The position numbers were made by a program, and so were the translations under genes. Shown one piece after another: positions 30,911 to 41,991 of a stretch of 64,000 nt of DNA. The notes beneath the pieces are model-generated. The model was not told where the DNA came from. It did no database searches and saw only the letters and a program-made list of their open reading frames with translations. Numbering within the stretch: the stretch's first letter is position 1; each line of letters opens with the position of its first letter. This stretch comes from an uncultured virus (IMG/VR IMGVR_UViG_3300022879_000001) (Duplodnaviria; Heunggongvirae; Uroviricota; Caudoviricetes), in IMG/VR virus record IMGVR_UViG_3300022879_000001; one strand, written 5' to 3'.

Positions 30911-33900
30911 ATGACATTAACAAAACAGAATTTAAAAAACACTTTTAAAGGTGCAAGAACAGTCGGTTCACCATTTGTATTTGTGGGTATTGAAGCAGAA
31001 GGGATTAAAGAAGTAATTTCTATCCCATCAGCATCATTTGAAGCAAAGGAACAGTTTTACAATAATGCGTATTCAGATGATCTGGTACATGTAATGAATA
31101 GTAAAGTGAAAATTACAGGGTTGGCTCACGGCTACCCAGAAGCACTTACCGATTTAGTTTAAGAAATGTTAAACATACCAATGAGAGGAGAATTAAAATA
31201 GGAATCTATTCTTATGGAAATCATGATAAAAAGACAAATATTCAAGATGACAAAACATTAATGGAATATCTGGAGATAGTTAATAAAGATCGTACATATC
31301 AACTTGTAGTAAGACAAGAGTTTCATTTTGAGAAAGGTTTACTTAGAACAAGCAAATATAATTGGTATGAGGTTTTTGTAGATATGGGTAATGGTGAACG
31401 ACAACATTTATATAATTGTGTCAACAGAGACATTGTAGAAGCTTATTTATGGGGACGTGTTCATGGTATAGAGGTTAAATAAAATCACACTATTATTAAA
31501 TTAGAAGGGAATAGTTAGTATGGATAATTTATATAAAGTAGTGCATCCAAAAGTAGATATTAGAGACTTTGTAGATTTTAAAGATAAAGATGCGGTAGTT
31601 GTAATGTTTCGGACACTTCAGGATGCAGAATGGTATTTATTGAAAAAACGTTTTAAATTTGACAAGCGTAATGACAGTTATATATTCACTAAAAATAATA
31701 CAACAAGTATAGCATCAATTATTGATATGACAGATGGGACGACTATTAAATAAAAGATTAGTATTATCAAATACATAATTGGAGTTGATCTTATGCAAGA
31801 TGGGAAAACAGTAACCGAACAGAATGTATGGGAGCATTATAAAAAGGTGGAAGCTGAAAACTTTCATCTCAAGAAACAACTCGTCAATAAGAATAGACAA
31901 ATTAAGCAGCTTAAACGTGTGATTAGTACACTGAAAGCTAAGTATGAAAAGCTTACTGAAAATCGTAGACCTAAGTACAAAAATACAATTAGAAGAAAGT
32001 AGGATGAATATTGATGGACAGTGTAAAAGTTAATATCAAATGTGAGACAGGTATTTTTGATCGTGATGAAGTAGAGATGAATCAATATCTAGAATTAGTA
32101 GATGAAGATGTTGTTGGCTTACTTCCAGATAATAAATTCATTGGCGTTAAGGTTTCAGTTGAAAAATAAAATAGGTGGCGACTTACGCTAGAGGAGATTA
32201 ATTTATGAAGAATTTTTTAATGAATGTAATGGACTTAAAAGTTTTCGATGAGAAAGGTAAGCTTATAACAAAGCTAGACTCGGCTACAAAAGGGGTACTA
32301 GTACATAGTGATCAGGCATCATATTTCGCAATTAATATTACAGACTTTAATATTGATATGATTAAAGCTATCGGAGAAGTTGAGAACAACAAAGATTTAT
32401 CAGACTTTGAAAAAGAATTAACACCTAAGTCAACTAAAATTAAATTTAAGCCATTGTATCATAGTGAAAACCAGAAGAAGTTTAAGTTAATTGCTGAAGG
32501 GAATTTACATAATGCCCTAGGTGATCCATCTCATGAATTTAAAGTAGTAATTAATGAATCAGTTTTATCATCTGGATTAGAATTTGAATTTAGCAATGTT
32601 GATATGAGTGAGTATACTCATGTATTTAGTATTTATGTAGATAAAGATGGAAATAGCTTTGAGTTAGAATTAATTGAAAAATAAATAGCAGATATTCTAG
32701 AAATCATGAAAGTGGAAAAATTTGTGAAATTTTTCATCATTAAAAGCCTATAAGCGCTGGATATAGAATTTCATTTCACAAACTTTTTCTCAATAAAATG
32801 ACAATATTATTTAATTATAAAAATACATAAACAGAATGGAGTAAATTAATTATGAAGAATACTTACATTAGCGAATTGTACCAAGAATTATTACTAGGAT
32901 TGAACGGATTAATAAATAAGACAGTTGAGATTCAAAAAACACAAGAAAGTAACACTCATGATTATCGTAAAGCTTTGTCGTTTCAATTAGAGCTAGAGAA
33001 AACTAAATTAAGTATTATGCAATCACTATCTGATTCATTTGATACTAAAATCAAGAGTAAGGAATTAGTAGGGTACGATAATGATGGTCGAGAGGTGTTC
33101 AAGATTAAAGAAAACGGTGATGCTCGTTTCGTTGGAGAAATTTCTACCCAAGATTTAAAGAAATCGAATGAAGATGAAGAAGTTGCAGTCAATGACAACG
33201 CAGTAAGTGATCTACTCGATACTCTTTGGGAAGAAGTGCGGAAGGTTGTGGATGAAAGCTTAAAAGAAGTTGATGAGAAAAATAAACATCATATCAACAT
33301 TACACTTAATGGATGTGAAACTTCTGCGAAACAATTTGCTACAGAAATCATGAATAAGATTAGAAATAATAAAGGTTGTAAGCTCTAAATAATATTTTGA
33401 TTTTATAAAAGGAAATATAAAAATAGAAAAGAGGAATTTAATTATGAAAGGAATTAAAGGAATGACAGGTATGTGCGGATTAGAAGTATTGAACAATAAA
33501 TTACATGAGCTTCAAAATGAGAAGGATATTCTTCTTTGCACATATGGTAATGATGTAATTTATAAACCTGAGCATAGAAGAATAGTTGCTGATATTCAAA
33601 TTCTAAACAAGGCTATTGAAGATTTTAACCTAAAAGAAATTCATTCCAATGTAGAAGGATACGTAAAAGAAACTTCATACGACCAAAATTCAGGTTTGAC
33701 AGTCTAGGTATGGTCGAAGGATGTCTATATTACGATGTAACTGAAGTTAAATAATATTTTGCTTTTATGAAGTTAAATACATAAACTTAAATGAAAAGGA
33801 AGGTAATTATATATGAAGAGTATTTTAGTAATTGTCGAAAATAGAGGTTTAATGAACGCTGTTATTATGGAGATAAAAAAGAATATAGAGGTTAATTCAA

Positions 33901-35076
33901 TAAGCGTTCAACATGCCTCTAATCAAGCAACTCTAACTGGAGAAAATATAAAGATAAAAGTAGCATCTAATGATGTTTCAGAAATTGATAAATTTGGATA
34001 TGATGAAGTTATTGAGTTGACAACCAAGAAACTAGTAGACGACATGTTGTTTAATTTAACAAAAGAGAGTATTTCTAAATTACTATCAGAAAATGAAGGT
34101 AAGAAGATTATTGGTTCTATAGACAATATTGTTGTAACTGGATATCCAGTTAGTATACATAGTAGAGAAAAAGTGTTAAACAAAGAGGAAGTAGAAAAGA
34201 TGCTAAAAAATACAGCTCAAACTGGAAAAGTAATTGGAGAGGCATTATTAGGTGTACGAAGTTCATGCATTAATTGTGCTAAAGACAAACAAGATGCAGG
34301 AAATTTTAATCTTAATTCAATTCCATTACAACTACTTTCCAAAGTAAATAGTGAAACGTCTAGTAAAGAAATTGATTGTATCTTAAATACTGTTAAGAGT
34401 ATTTTTCCATCAGGAGTTATTAAGTATGACAAAGAAGGTATTGAACTAATAAGAATTGAGAGAATCCTAGAGGATAAAATTAAAGAAAATCTAAGTAGTG
34501 ACGAATATAAAGCATTAGAAATCAATGTGAAATTATTACAGAAAATAAAGGAAGGATATAAACCTGCAACATTTGTTGGCTATAAAGCTTAAATAAAAAC
34601 CATATTTTATAAAGAAAAGTACACAGAAGGGAAATGATTATATGACAACAATGACCGTCTTAACTTCGGATGACATGTCAAATGTAAAAGTAGAAATTAA
34701 AAATGTTTCAGTTAAATATTATGAATATGATGAAAATATTCCAGAGCAATTATACTCACGCTTCAAGTCAGATACACCTTCAAAAATCATTTTTGGATCA
34801 GAGAATGAATATACGCAATCATTGATAAAGCAACTTTATGATAATGGATTTTATTTGTCTGAGAATGGTGATGTAATTAAAATTGCAGATAATAAAGTAT
34901 GCTATAACACTCTAGAAAAGACAATTGGAGATAAACTAGGTATCTTTACATTAGAAATTAATGATGAATATGATGCAGAAAATACTCAAAACGTATTGTT
35001 GAAGAGTGGCTATATTATTTCATCTAAAGTTATTGACGGTACTTCGCATATTACAATTCATGACAAGGTAAAGTAA
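30911..35076 (+). other. Array of hypothetical ORFs (30911, 31261, 31520, 31793, 32205, 32852, 33444, 33813, 34642)
   Basis: Co-oriented ORFs, many bounded by ATAAWA-N6-TWTTAT sites. Confidence 0.7.
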
Positions 35077-35194
35077 ATAACTAAATACATAAAAATTGAA
35101 ATGGAGGGAGTTTATTTCTGCAAGAGAAGCGCACAATTTTTAATTGTCATTAGAGCTTCAAATGAGATATGTTTTGTAGAGAATAAGCGAATAA

Positions 35195-35977
35195 ATGAAG
35201 AAATTCACTAAATCATTGACAGTTCCAACTATTGTGGTATGTACTTTAGGATGGGGATGGTTCACATCACAGGCTATTCAAGAAGCTAATAAAACAGAAG
35301 ATAAAAATATTCACTTATACAATATGGATGATATTAAAAAGAGTTTAATTACATATCAAGTTGAATCTTCTGTTAAGTCTATTCATACAGAATATGAACG
35401 GTTGAAAGAGGAAGAAAGGAAAAGGTTAGAAGAGTTAGAACGACAACGTTTAGAGAAAGAACGACAAGCTAAATTTGAACGTGAGAGATTAGCTAAGATT
35501 GAAAAAGAAAGAAAATTGGCAGAAGCTAAGAGAATAGAAGAAGCTAAAAAAGCTGAACAAGTTAGGTTGGCAAAGGTAGAAGAGAGAAAGAAACAGCAAC
35601 AGGTAGAGGCAAAAGATCAACAACAAACTATTAGTGGAGGTAGTAATGAAAATGTGAATGATAATTGGATGACATTTAATGGAAGCTATTATGGTGCAGA
35701 CTGTTATCAATGCTCAGGTATTACTGCAACAGGTATCAACGTGAAAAATACAATATATTATAATGGGTATCGCATCATTGCTTTAGATCCAAATACGATT
35801 CCACTTTGGTCTATTGTTGAAGTAAAAACTCCTAATGAAAGCTTCAAGGCTGTTGTTGGGGATACTGGTGGCAGAATAAAAGGATTTAATGCTGATATTT
35901 TAGTTGAATCAGAAGCTCGCGCATCTCAATTGGGAAGACATAACATTCAAATTAGGGTAGTTGGAAGTCTAAATTAA
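35195..35977 (+). CDS. 3D-domain cell-wall enzyme with N-terminal anchor and coiled-coil stalk
   Basis: GITATG, IIALDP..IPL.S, DTGG.IKG..ADI. Confidence 0.85.
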   Translation: MKKFTKSLTVPTIVVCTLGWGWFTSQAIQEANKTEDKNIHLYNMDDIKKSLITYQVESSVKSIHTEYERLKEEERKRLEELERQRLEKERQAKFERERLAKIEKERKLAEAKRIEEAKKAEQVRLAKVEERKKQQQVEAKDQQQTISGGSNENVNDNWMTFNGSYYGADCYQCSGITATGINVKNTIYYNGYRIIALDPNTIPLWSIVEVKTPNESFKAVVGDTGGRIKGFNADILVESEARASQLGRHNIQIRVVGSLN

Positions 35978-36427
35978 ATACATAATAATTGAGTAGAGAT
36001 TGATTATTCTTTCTCTGCTCAATATAAAGAAGGTGACATATAATGAAATTTAGAAGTAAGATAAAGTGGAATAAAAGAATCAGAGCATTAAAATCAAAAG
36101 TTAGAGATATCATATTTAAAAAGCCATTTTATAAGTATTTGTACTATCACATCAAAGATGAATTTACCTACAATAACAAATCAGCAATTCGATACTATAT
36201 GAACGCTAATACTTTACGAGATGAATCATTTAAATATGAGCTAGAACTTTACCATAAGATATACTGTAGTACATTTGAGATCAAGTATTTGGAATGGTTA
36301 TTCATGTACACGAAAGATTACATATCAAATAAAATTAAGAAGTATCCAGATTTACAATTCATTTATGGTGAAGATAAGTATGGTCTTTACTTTGAAGTAA
36401 GTTATATAGATGGATATTAAAATTAAT

Positions 36428-36477
36428 TAATAAAATACATAAAATATACTTGAAATATGAAATTAAGATGTTATAAT
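36428..36477 (+). promoter_or_regulatory. SigA promoter with conserved upstream element (copy 4)
   Basis: TAATAAAATACATAAAATATAC-TTGAAA-16bp-TATAAT with TG extension. Confidence 0.7.
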
Positions 36478-36617
36478 TAGAATATAAATAAGCAAAGGAG
36501 ATGAGAGTATGAATATCAGCGATTCACTATTAGAGTATTATGGTTATAAATTCGTTAATAACAAGATTAGAGAAAATGAAGGAATTACATTTGAATATTA
36601 CCTTAAACGAGAGTTAG

Positions 36618-37022
36618 GTGATTGAATTGGAAGACATCAAACAATTTGAAAAAGACTTAACGTTTGTAAGGAACTTTTTAGAAAAGCTACCTAGAGAAGT
36701 AGCAAGCCTATCTAAAGTAATTAGTTGTAAGGACAGAGAACAAGAAGATTTGTTGCATCATATCGAATTTGTTAAATTGCCTGCAAATCAAGGATATACA
36801 GCATATCGAAGATTACACATCATTAGAAACGAACGTAGGCAGGCTAAAAATTTATATGAAGTTGTAAAATTGGCAAATGATTTAACTAAAGATAAATTGT
36901 CAGTCTCAACATTAAGTACTGCTCTAGGCGAAATAAGAAAGATAATTAACAATAGCTCAAATAAAAAGTATAGGCCTAGAGAATTAAGCGATTTAAATTA
37001 TGGAAACAATAATACATATTAA
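36618..37022 (+). CDS. Conserved phage hypothetical protein
   Basis: D.LHHIEF...GY..Y..L...R..RR.AK...YRPR.L pattern. Confidence 0.6.
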   Translation: MIELEDIKQFEKDLTFVRNFLEKLPREVASLSKVISCKDREQEDLLHHIEFVKLPANQGYTAYRRLHIIRNERRQAKNLYEVVKLANDLTKDKLSVSTLSTALGEIRKIINNSSNKKYRPRELSDLNYGNNNTY

Positions 37023-37036
37023 AATACATAAAGATT

Positions 37037-37543
37037 GTGGTGGTAATTATAAATTATATTGTGATTGGTACGGATTGTAGTGGAAAGACGAGTTTAGTGG
37101 ATATGCTTTCAGACATTACAGAATTCAAAGTTGTGAAAGGATCAAGTTTTGAGCATTCGCAATGCACTCAAGATGAGCTATTTGAAAAGTTTTTAGAGTT
37201 CACTAAGATGGACAATGTAGTATTTGACAGATTTACTTATTGTAATGAAGTTTACAGTAAAATGTATGATGACTACGCAATGCTATCTGATGGTCAACGT
37301 AGATTTATTGAACGAGAGATGAAAGGTAATGCAATTGTCATTTATTTATATGCAGATGATGAGGTATTAAAGCAACGTTTCAATTATCGTGGAGATGATT
37401 ATGTTTCATTAGAAAAGTTAAAGTACGCTAAAAAGAAGTATGAAGAAGCAATACATAAAATTGAACATTTAGAAGTAATTAAATTTGATACTGGTAAGAT
37501 GACAACAAAGGAAATTGTTAAGCATATTCTACTTAATTATTAA
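37037..37543 (+). CDS. Deoxynucleoside monophosphate kinase (YorR-like)
   Basis: GTDCSGKTS P-loop, FDRF, RGDDY. Confidence 0.85.
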   Translation: MVVIINYIVIGTDCSGKTSLVDMLSDITEFKVVKGSSFEHSQCTQDELFEKFLEFTKMDNVVFDRFTYCNEVYSKMYDDYAMLSDGQRRFIEREMKGNAIVIYLYADDEVLKQRFNYRGDDYVSLEKLKYAKKKYEEAIHKIEHLEVIKFDTGKMTTKEIVKHILLNY

Positions 37544-37591
37544 ATAAGAAAATACATAATTAATACTTATGAATAGAAAGAGGATGGTATT

Positions 37592-37837
37592 TTGAAAAAT
37601 AAGTTAACATTAATTAAGCGTTCAACACCAACATGTCCTGCGTGTGAGACAATGCAGTTTATATTAAAAGAAGAGGGAGTTCCATTCGATACAATAGACA
37701 TTGCTAAAGATGATGATGCAATTGAGAAATATGATTTATCAAGCGTACCAGTAATCCTAATAGACAGTGATGAAGGACAAGTAAAACTAAATGGAATTCA
37801 GCCGATTGAAGTTATCAAAGAACTCCTTGAAGAATAA
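37592..37837 (+). CDS. Thioredoxin/NrdH-like redoxin
   Basis: CPAC and SVPV motifs; upstream of the RNR genes. Confidence 0.85.
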   Translation: MKNKLTLIKRSTPTCPACETMQFILKEEGVPFDTIDIAKDDDAIEKYDLSSVPVILIDSDEGQVKLNGIQPIEVIKELLEE

Positions 37838-37888
37838 AAAATTCATTTAAAGTGATTCAATAAGATGCATAAACAAGGAGGAAATAAT

Positions 37889-39154
37889 TTGACATTATCT
37901 AAAACAATTAGGAAGAGAGATAATTCAATCGTAGAATTTAAACTAGAAAAGGTTTCTAGTGCCATTAGTAAAGCAGGAAGGGAGACTGGAGAGTTTAATG
38001 ATGAAGTATCGACAACTCTTGCTCAAGAAGTATTATATTTATTAAATGGATCAAATGATGATGATTTATCAGTTGAGAAAGTACAAGATACTGTAGAAAT
38101 GGTTCTCCTTAACTCTAAGTACAAGGTAACTGCTAAGGCTTATATTCTTTATCGAGAAAAGCGTTCACAAGAACGAAAGTCTGATATTTTTAAGTCTCGT
38201 ATTAATTTAAAACCCTATGAATATCCAAGTTTGGTTGAATATAAAGAAGCTATTCAACACTCATATTGGTTACATACTGAATTCAACTATACATCAGATA
38301 TTCATGATTATAAGGCTAATATTAGTGACAAAGAACGTAATGCGATTAAAAATGCAATGTTAGCTATTTCACAGGTAGAAGTTGCAGTTAAAAACTTTTG
38401 GGGAGATTTGCATAATCGTATGTCTAAACCTGAAGTAGGGGCAGTAGGAGCTACTTTCTCGGAATCAGAAGTACGACATAGTGATGCTTATTCTCACCTA
38501 TTAGAAATTTTAGGATTAAATAATGAGTTTGATAAAATTCAAGACATTCCTGCATTAGCTAATCGTGTAAATAGTTTAACTAGTGCAGTTAAATATTTGA
38601 AGTCTGAAAGTAATCGAGATTTTACAATGTCACTAATCCTATTCTCATTATTCATTGAACACGTGTCATTATTCTCTCAATTCTTAATCATTATGTCCTT
38701 TAATAAGTATAAGAATTTATTCAAAGGAATGTCTAATGCAATCGAAGCTACTTCTAAAGAGGAACAAATTCATGGACTATTTGGTATAGAACTAGTTGAT
38801 ATCATTCGCAATGAAAATCCAGAATGGTTCGATGAAGATATGGCTAAAAAAGTTCATGAAGCATGTATTAAAACGTACGAAGCCGAGGTAGAAGTAGTTG
38901 ATTGGATTTATGAAAATGGAGACTTGGAATTCCTACCAAAAGAAGTAGTAAAAGAATTCATTAAGAATAGATTAAATAACTCATTGAAAAGCACAGGGTT
39001 TGAACCATTGTTTGAGGTAGATGAAAATTTAGTAGAGCAAACTGATTGGTTTGATGATGAGATTATTACTACGAAACACGTAGACTTCTTTACTAAACGT
39101 TCAGTAAATTATACAAAGAGAACTAAGAGTTATACTGCTGAAGATTTATTCTAA
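37889..39154 (+). CDS. nrdB: Ribonucleotide reductase beta subunit with N-terminal ATP-cone
   Basis: IRKRD..IVEF...K+..AI.KA...VEKVQD.VE ATP-cone; ferritin-like ligands QVE, ESEVRH, FIE, EEQIH. Confidence 0.9.
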   Translation: MTLSKTIRKRDNSIVEFKLEKVSSAISKAGRETGEFNDEVSTTLAQEVLYLLNGSNDDDLSVEKVQDTVEMVLLNSKYKVTAKAYILYREKRSQERKSDIFKSRINLKPYEYPSLVEYKEAIQHSYWLHTEFNYTSDIHDYKANISDKERNAIKNAMLAISQVEVAVKNFWGDLHNRMSKPEVGAVGATFSESEVRHSDAYSHLLEILGLNNEFDKIQDIPALANRVNSLTSAVKYLKSESNRDFTMSLILFSLFIEHVSLFSQFLIIMSFNKYKNLFKGMSNAIEATSKEEQIHGLFGIELVDIIRNENPEWFDEDMAKKVHEACIKTYEAEVEVVDWIYENGDLEFLPKEVVKEFIKNRLNNSLKSTGFEPLFEVDENLVEQTDWFDDEIITTKHVDFFTKRSVNYTKRTKSYTAEDLF

Positions 39155-39218
39155 GAGTATTAACCTTGGTATGTTATAAAAACAACCATAAAAACTTAAT
39201 TAAGGGAGTCTATTATAT

Positions 39219-40895
39219 ATGGCATTTGAATGGTTAAATGAAAATAGTATTAATTTTTTAAAGGGTGGATATTTACAAGAAGGAGTCAGTCCCGAACAAC
39301 GATTAAAAGAAATTTCAGATTATGCTGAGAAAATTTTAGGGATTGATGGTTTTTCTAATAAATTCTATACATATCTAAGTAAAGGTTATTATTCACTATC
39401 CTCTCCAGTTTGGTCTAATTTTGGAACTAATAAAGGATTAAGTATTAGTTGTTTCGGTAGTAATATCGATGATAATATGGCTAATATTCTATATACTCAT
39501 GGCGAAGTTGGGATGATGAGTAAATTTGGTGGAGGTACTTCTGGATATTTCGGAAATTTACGACATCGAGGTGCTCCAATTTCTAACAATGGAAACTCTT
39601 CTGGTGCAGTTCATTTTATGAATATGTTTGAAACCTTAATCGACGTTGCTAGTCAAGGGAATGTGCGTAGAGGAGCATTTTCTCCGTATTTACCTATAGA
39701 TCATCCAGATATTGAGGAATTCTTGCAAATTGGTACAGAAGGTAATACTATTCAAAAGATGACTCATGGAGTAACAGTTACTGATAAATGGATGAAAGAA
39801 ATGATTGATGGGGATGCCAAGAAACGTTCTGTTTGGGCAAAAGTGATCCAGAGTCGAGTAGAAGTTGGTTATCCATATATCTTCTTCACTGATACAGTAA
39901 ATAATAATACTGTAGATGTATATAAAGATAAAAATTTAAAAATCAATCACAGTAATCTTTGTTCTGAAATTACTTTACCTAATAATGATATTTGGTCATT
40001 TGTATGTTGCTTATCTTCTATGAATCTTTTACATTTTGATGAGTGGAAAGATACTGATGCTGTGGAAACTATGGTTTATTTCTTAGATTCTGTGATTTCT
40101 GAATTCATTAGTGATTTAGAGGATATGCGAGATTCCGATAGTGCTGAAAAAAGAAATGCATTCTTATATATGGAAAGAGCATACAACTTCGCTAAAGATC
40201 ATCGAGCTTTAGGATTAGGAGATTTAGGATGGCATTCTTACTTACAGTCTAAAATGATTCCATTTGAAAGTGTAGAAGCTTCTAAATTGAATGTTCGCAT
40301 TACTAGATTTATCCAAAAGAAAGCATTGAAAGCATCTAAAGAATTAGCTAATTTATTTGGAGAACCTGAACTATTAAAAGATTATGGAAGACGTAATAGT
40401 ACATTACTAGCAATAGCTCCTACGACAAGTTCTGCATTTATTCTAGGTCAAGTATCGCAAAGTATAGAGCCTATTTGGAGTAATATTTATGTAAAAGATG
40501 TTGCTAAAGCAAAAGTAACTATTCGTAATCCATATCTTAAAGAAGTATTAAATTCTTATGGTAAGGATGATAGAGAAACTTGGAATAGTATTAGAAGTAA
40601 TGATGGTTCAGTTCAACACTTGAACTTCTTATCAGACCATGAAAAAGATGTATTTAAGACTTTTGCAGAAATTGACCAATATGTAGTTTTAGAACAAGCG
40701 TCAATGCGTCAGCAATTTATTGACCAAAGTCAATCATTAAATATTATGGTTAATCCTACTATGTCGGCAAAAGAAATTAATGAGTTATATATTTTTGCTT
40801 GGAAAAACAAAATTAAAACTCTTTACTATCAACATAGTACAAATGCATCTCAACAATTTAGTAAGGATAAACTCTGCGTTGTTTGTGAAGCATAG
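39219..40895 (+). CDS. nrdA: Ribonucleotide reductase alpha subunit (short, no ATP-cone)
   Basis: SCF, GGG, RRGA, SNLCSEI, APT, TLYY, C-terminal CVVC. Confidence 0.92.
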   Translation: MAFEWLNENSINFLKGGYLQEGVSPEQRLKEISDYAEKILGIDGFSNKFYTYLSKGYYSLSSPVWSNFGTNKGLSISCFGSNIDDNMANILYTHGEVGMMSKFGGGTSGYFGNLRHRGAPISNNGNSSGAVHFMNMFETLIDVASQGNVRRGAFSPYLPIDHPDIEEFLQIGTEGNTIQKMTHGVTVTDKWMKEMIDGDAKKRSVWAKVIQSRVEVGYPYIFFTDTVNNNTVDVYKDKNLKINHSNLCSEITLPNNDIWSFVCCLSSMNLLHFDEWKDTDAVETMVYFLDSVISEFISDLEDMRDSDSAEKRNAFLYMERAYNFAKDHRALGLGDLGWHSYLQSKMIPFESVEASKLNVRITRFIQKKALKASKELANLFGEPELLKDYGRRNSTLLAIAPTTSSAFILGQVSQSIEPIWSNIYVKDVAKAKVTIRNPYLKEVLNSYGKDDRETWNSIRSNDGSVQHLNFLSDHEKDVFKTFAEIDQYVVLEQASMRQQFIDQSQSLNIMVNPTMSAKEINELYIFAWKNKIKTLYYQHSTNASQQFSKDKLCVVCEA

Positions 40896-40951
40896 TTTGA
40901 TAAATTATTACATAAACAAAGATAATACATAAAAAAGGGGAAATATAAATT

Positions 40952-41485
40952 ATGGCAACTTTCACTAACAAATTACAAAATATCGTTGAGGATTTTCAAA
41001 TCACATTTGGACATCCTGCCGAAACAGTTCCAACATTGCCCACATTAGAGCGATTCACTAATCGTAAAGGTTGGGGATCAATTGAGGAAGCTGTTGAGCA
41101 ATTATACTCAATCTCAAATACTCAAGAGGAATTCGTTAAAGCAGTAGATAAGTTACATACTTACCTAGATAAAGCTAAAGAGAAGCAACTACAGAAACCT
41201 TTGGTTACTAATAAGACTGATAAAATTGTAGCGTTAGCTGATGGCTTAGGTGATGAGTTATGGTTCTTACTTGGTGACTGTGTGGAAGCAGGTATTGATA
41301 TTCAACCTGTAATCGAAATCATTAAAGCTAGTAACGATTCTAAGTTGTTCGTAGATGATAGTGGTAATAAGTATGCTAAACAAGATGAGAATGGCAAGAT
41401 CATGAAATCAGAATTCTTCTTTGCTCCAGAGGAACGCATTAAGGAAGAAATTCAGCGTCAAATTAATAACGGCTTAACTAAGTAA
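40952..41485 (+). CDS. MazG-like NTP pyrophosphohydrolase
   Basis: EEAVE, ADGLGD, SNDSK...GKIMK motifs. Confidence 0.75.
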   Translation: MATFTNKLQNIVEDFQITFGHPAETVPTLPTLERFTNRKGWGSIEEAVEQLYSISNTQEEFVKAVDKLHTYLDKAKEKQLQKPLVTNKTDKIVALADGLGDELWFLLGDCVEAGIDIQPVIEIIKASNDSKLFVDDSGNKYAKQDENGKIMKSEFFFAPEERIKEEIQRQINNGLTK

Positions 41486-41625
41486 AATTTGGTTCTATAT
41501 GTAGTGGCTATTTATATAATATTTTAGAATTTAGTACTACATATAGAACGGACTTTCAATAAAACATGGATATTATTGAAAGTATAAAATATTGGGTGAC
41601 GACCACGTCAGAGGAGAAACTATTT

Positions 41626-41991
41626 ATGACAATTAAAAATCAATATAACTTAGAGTTAGATATTAAACGACTATATACTGGAATTGTTCCATCATTCACA
41701 AAAAGCAAGGTTAACGAAATAACTATTAAAGTTCTAGATAATGGTGAGTACTTTGATATTAGCTCGGTAGAAAAGGTGACTGTCGCATATAAAGATGCAT
41801 ACGGAAGAGTATTGCAAAAGACTTGTGACTTTATTAATCTAAACGATCATAAAGTTGTGCTAATTAATGTATCTAAGCTTGATATTGCGATAGGTAATTC
41901 AGATTTAACAGTTACATTAGAAGATAGCTTTGGACGTGCTACTCTACAAAGCTTCAAGGTAGATGTAATAGATGGATTTAATAATAACTAA
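41626..41991 (+). CDS. BppU N-terminal-like domain protein
   Basis: LELDI...F......ITIKVLDNGEYFDIS..V.V.Y pattern. Confidence 0.4.
   Translation: MTIKNQYNLELDIKRLYTGIVPSFTKSKVNEITIKVLDNGEYFDISSVEKVTVAYKDAYGRVLQKTCDFINLNDHKVVLINVSKLDIAIGNSDLTVTLEDSFGRATLQSFKVDVIDGFNNN

Larger units (their letters stand above)
601..34610. repeat. Dispersed 18-bp ATAAWA-N6-TWTTAT junction sites
   Basis: Exact copies start at 601, 1196, 2271, 3006, 3431, 10963, 13441, 14439, 15030, 16220, 19453, 28254, 29371, 29669, 31479, 31750, 32793, 33389, 33751, 34593 (plus 58302 outside this span). Confidence 0.85.

Noticed and set aside
601..34610. ATAAWA-N6-TWTTAT as Xer dif sites or intrinsic terminators
   Set aside because: dif has ATAA-N6-TTAT spacing with longer conserved arms; these sites have no GC stem or consistent U-tract
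35395..35610. Low-complexity GAA/AAA repeats
   Set aside because: They encode the E/K/R coiled-coil stalk of the 3D-domain protein
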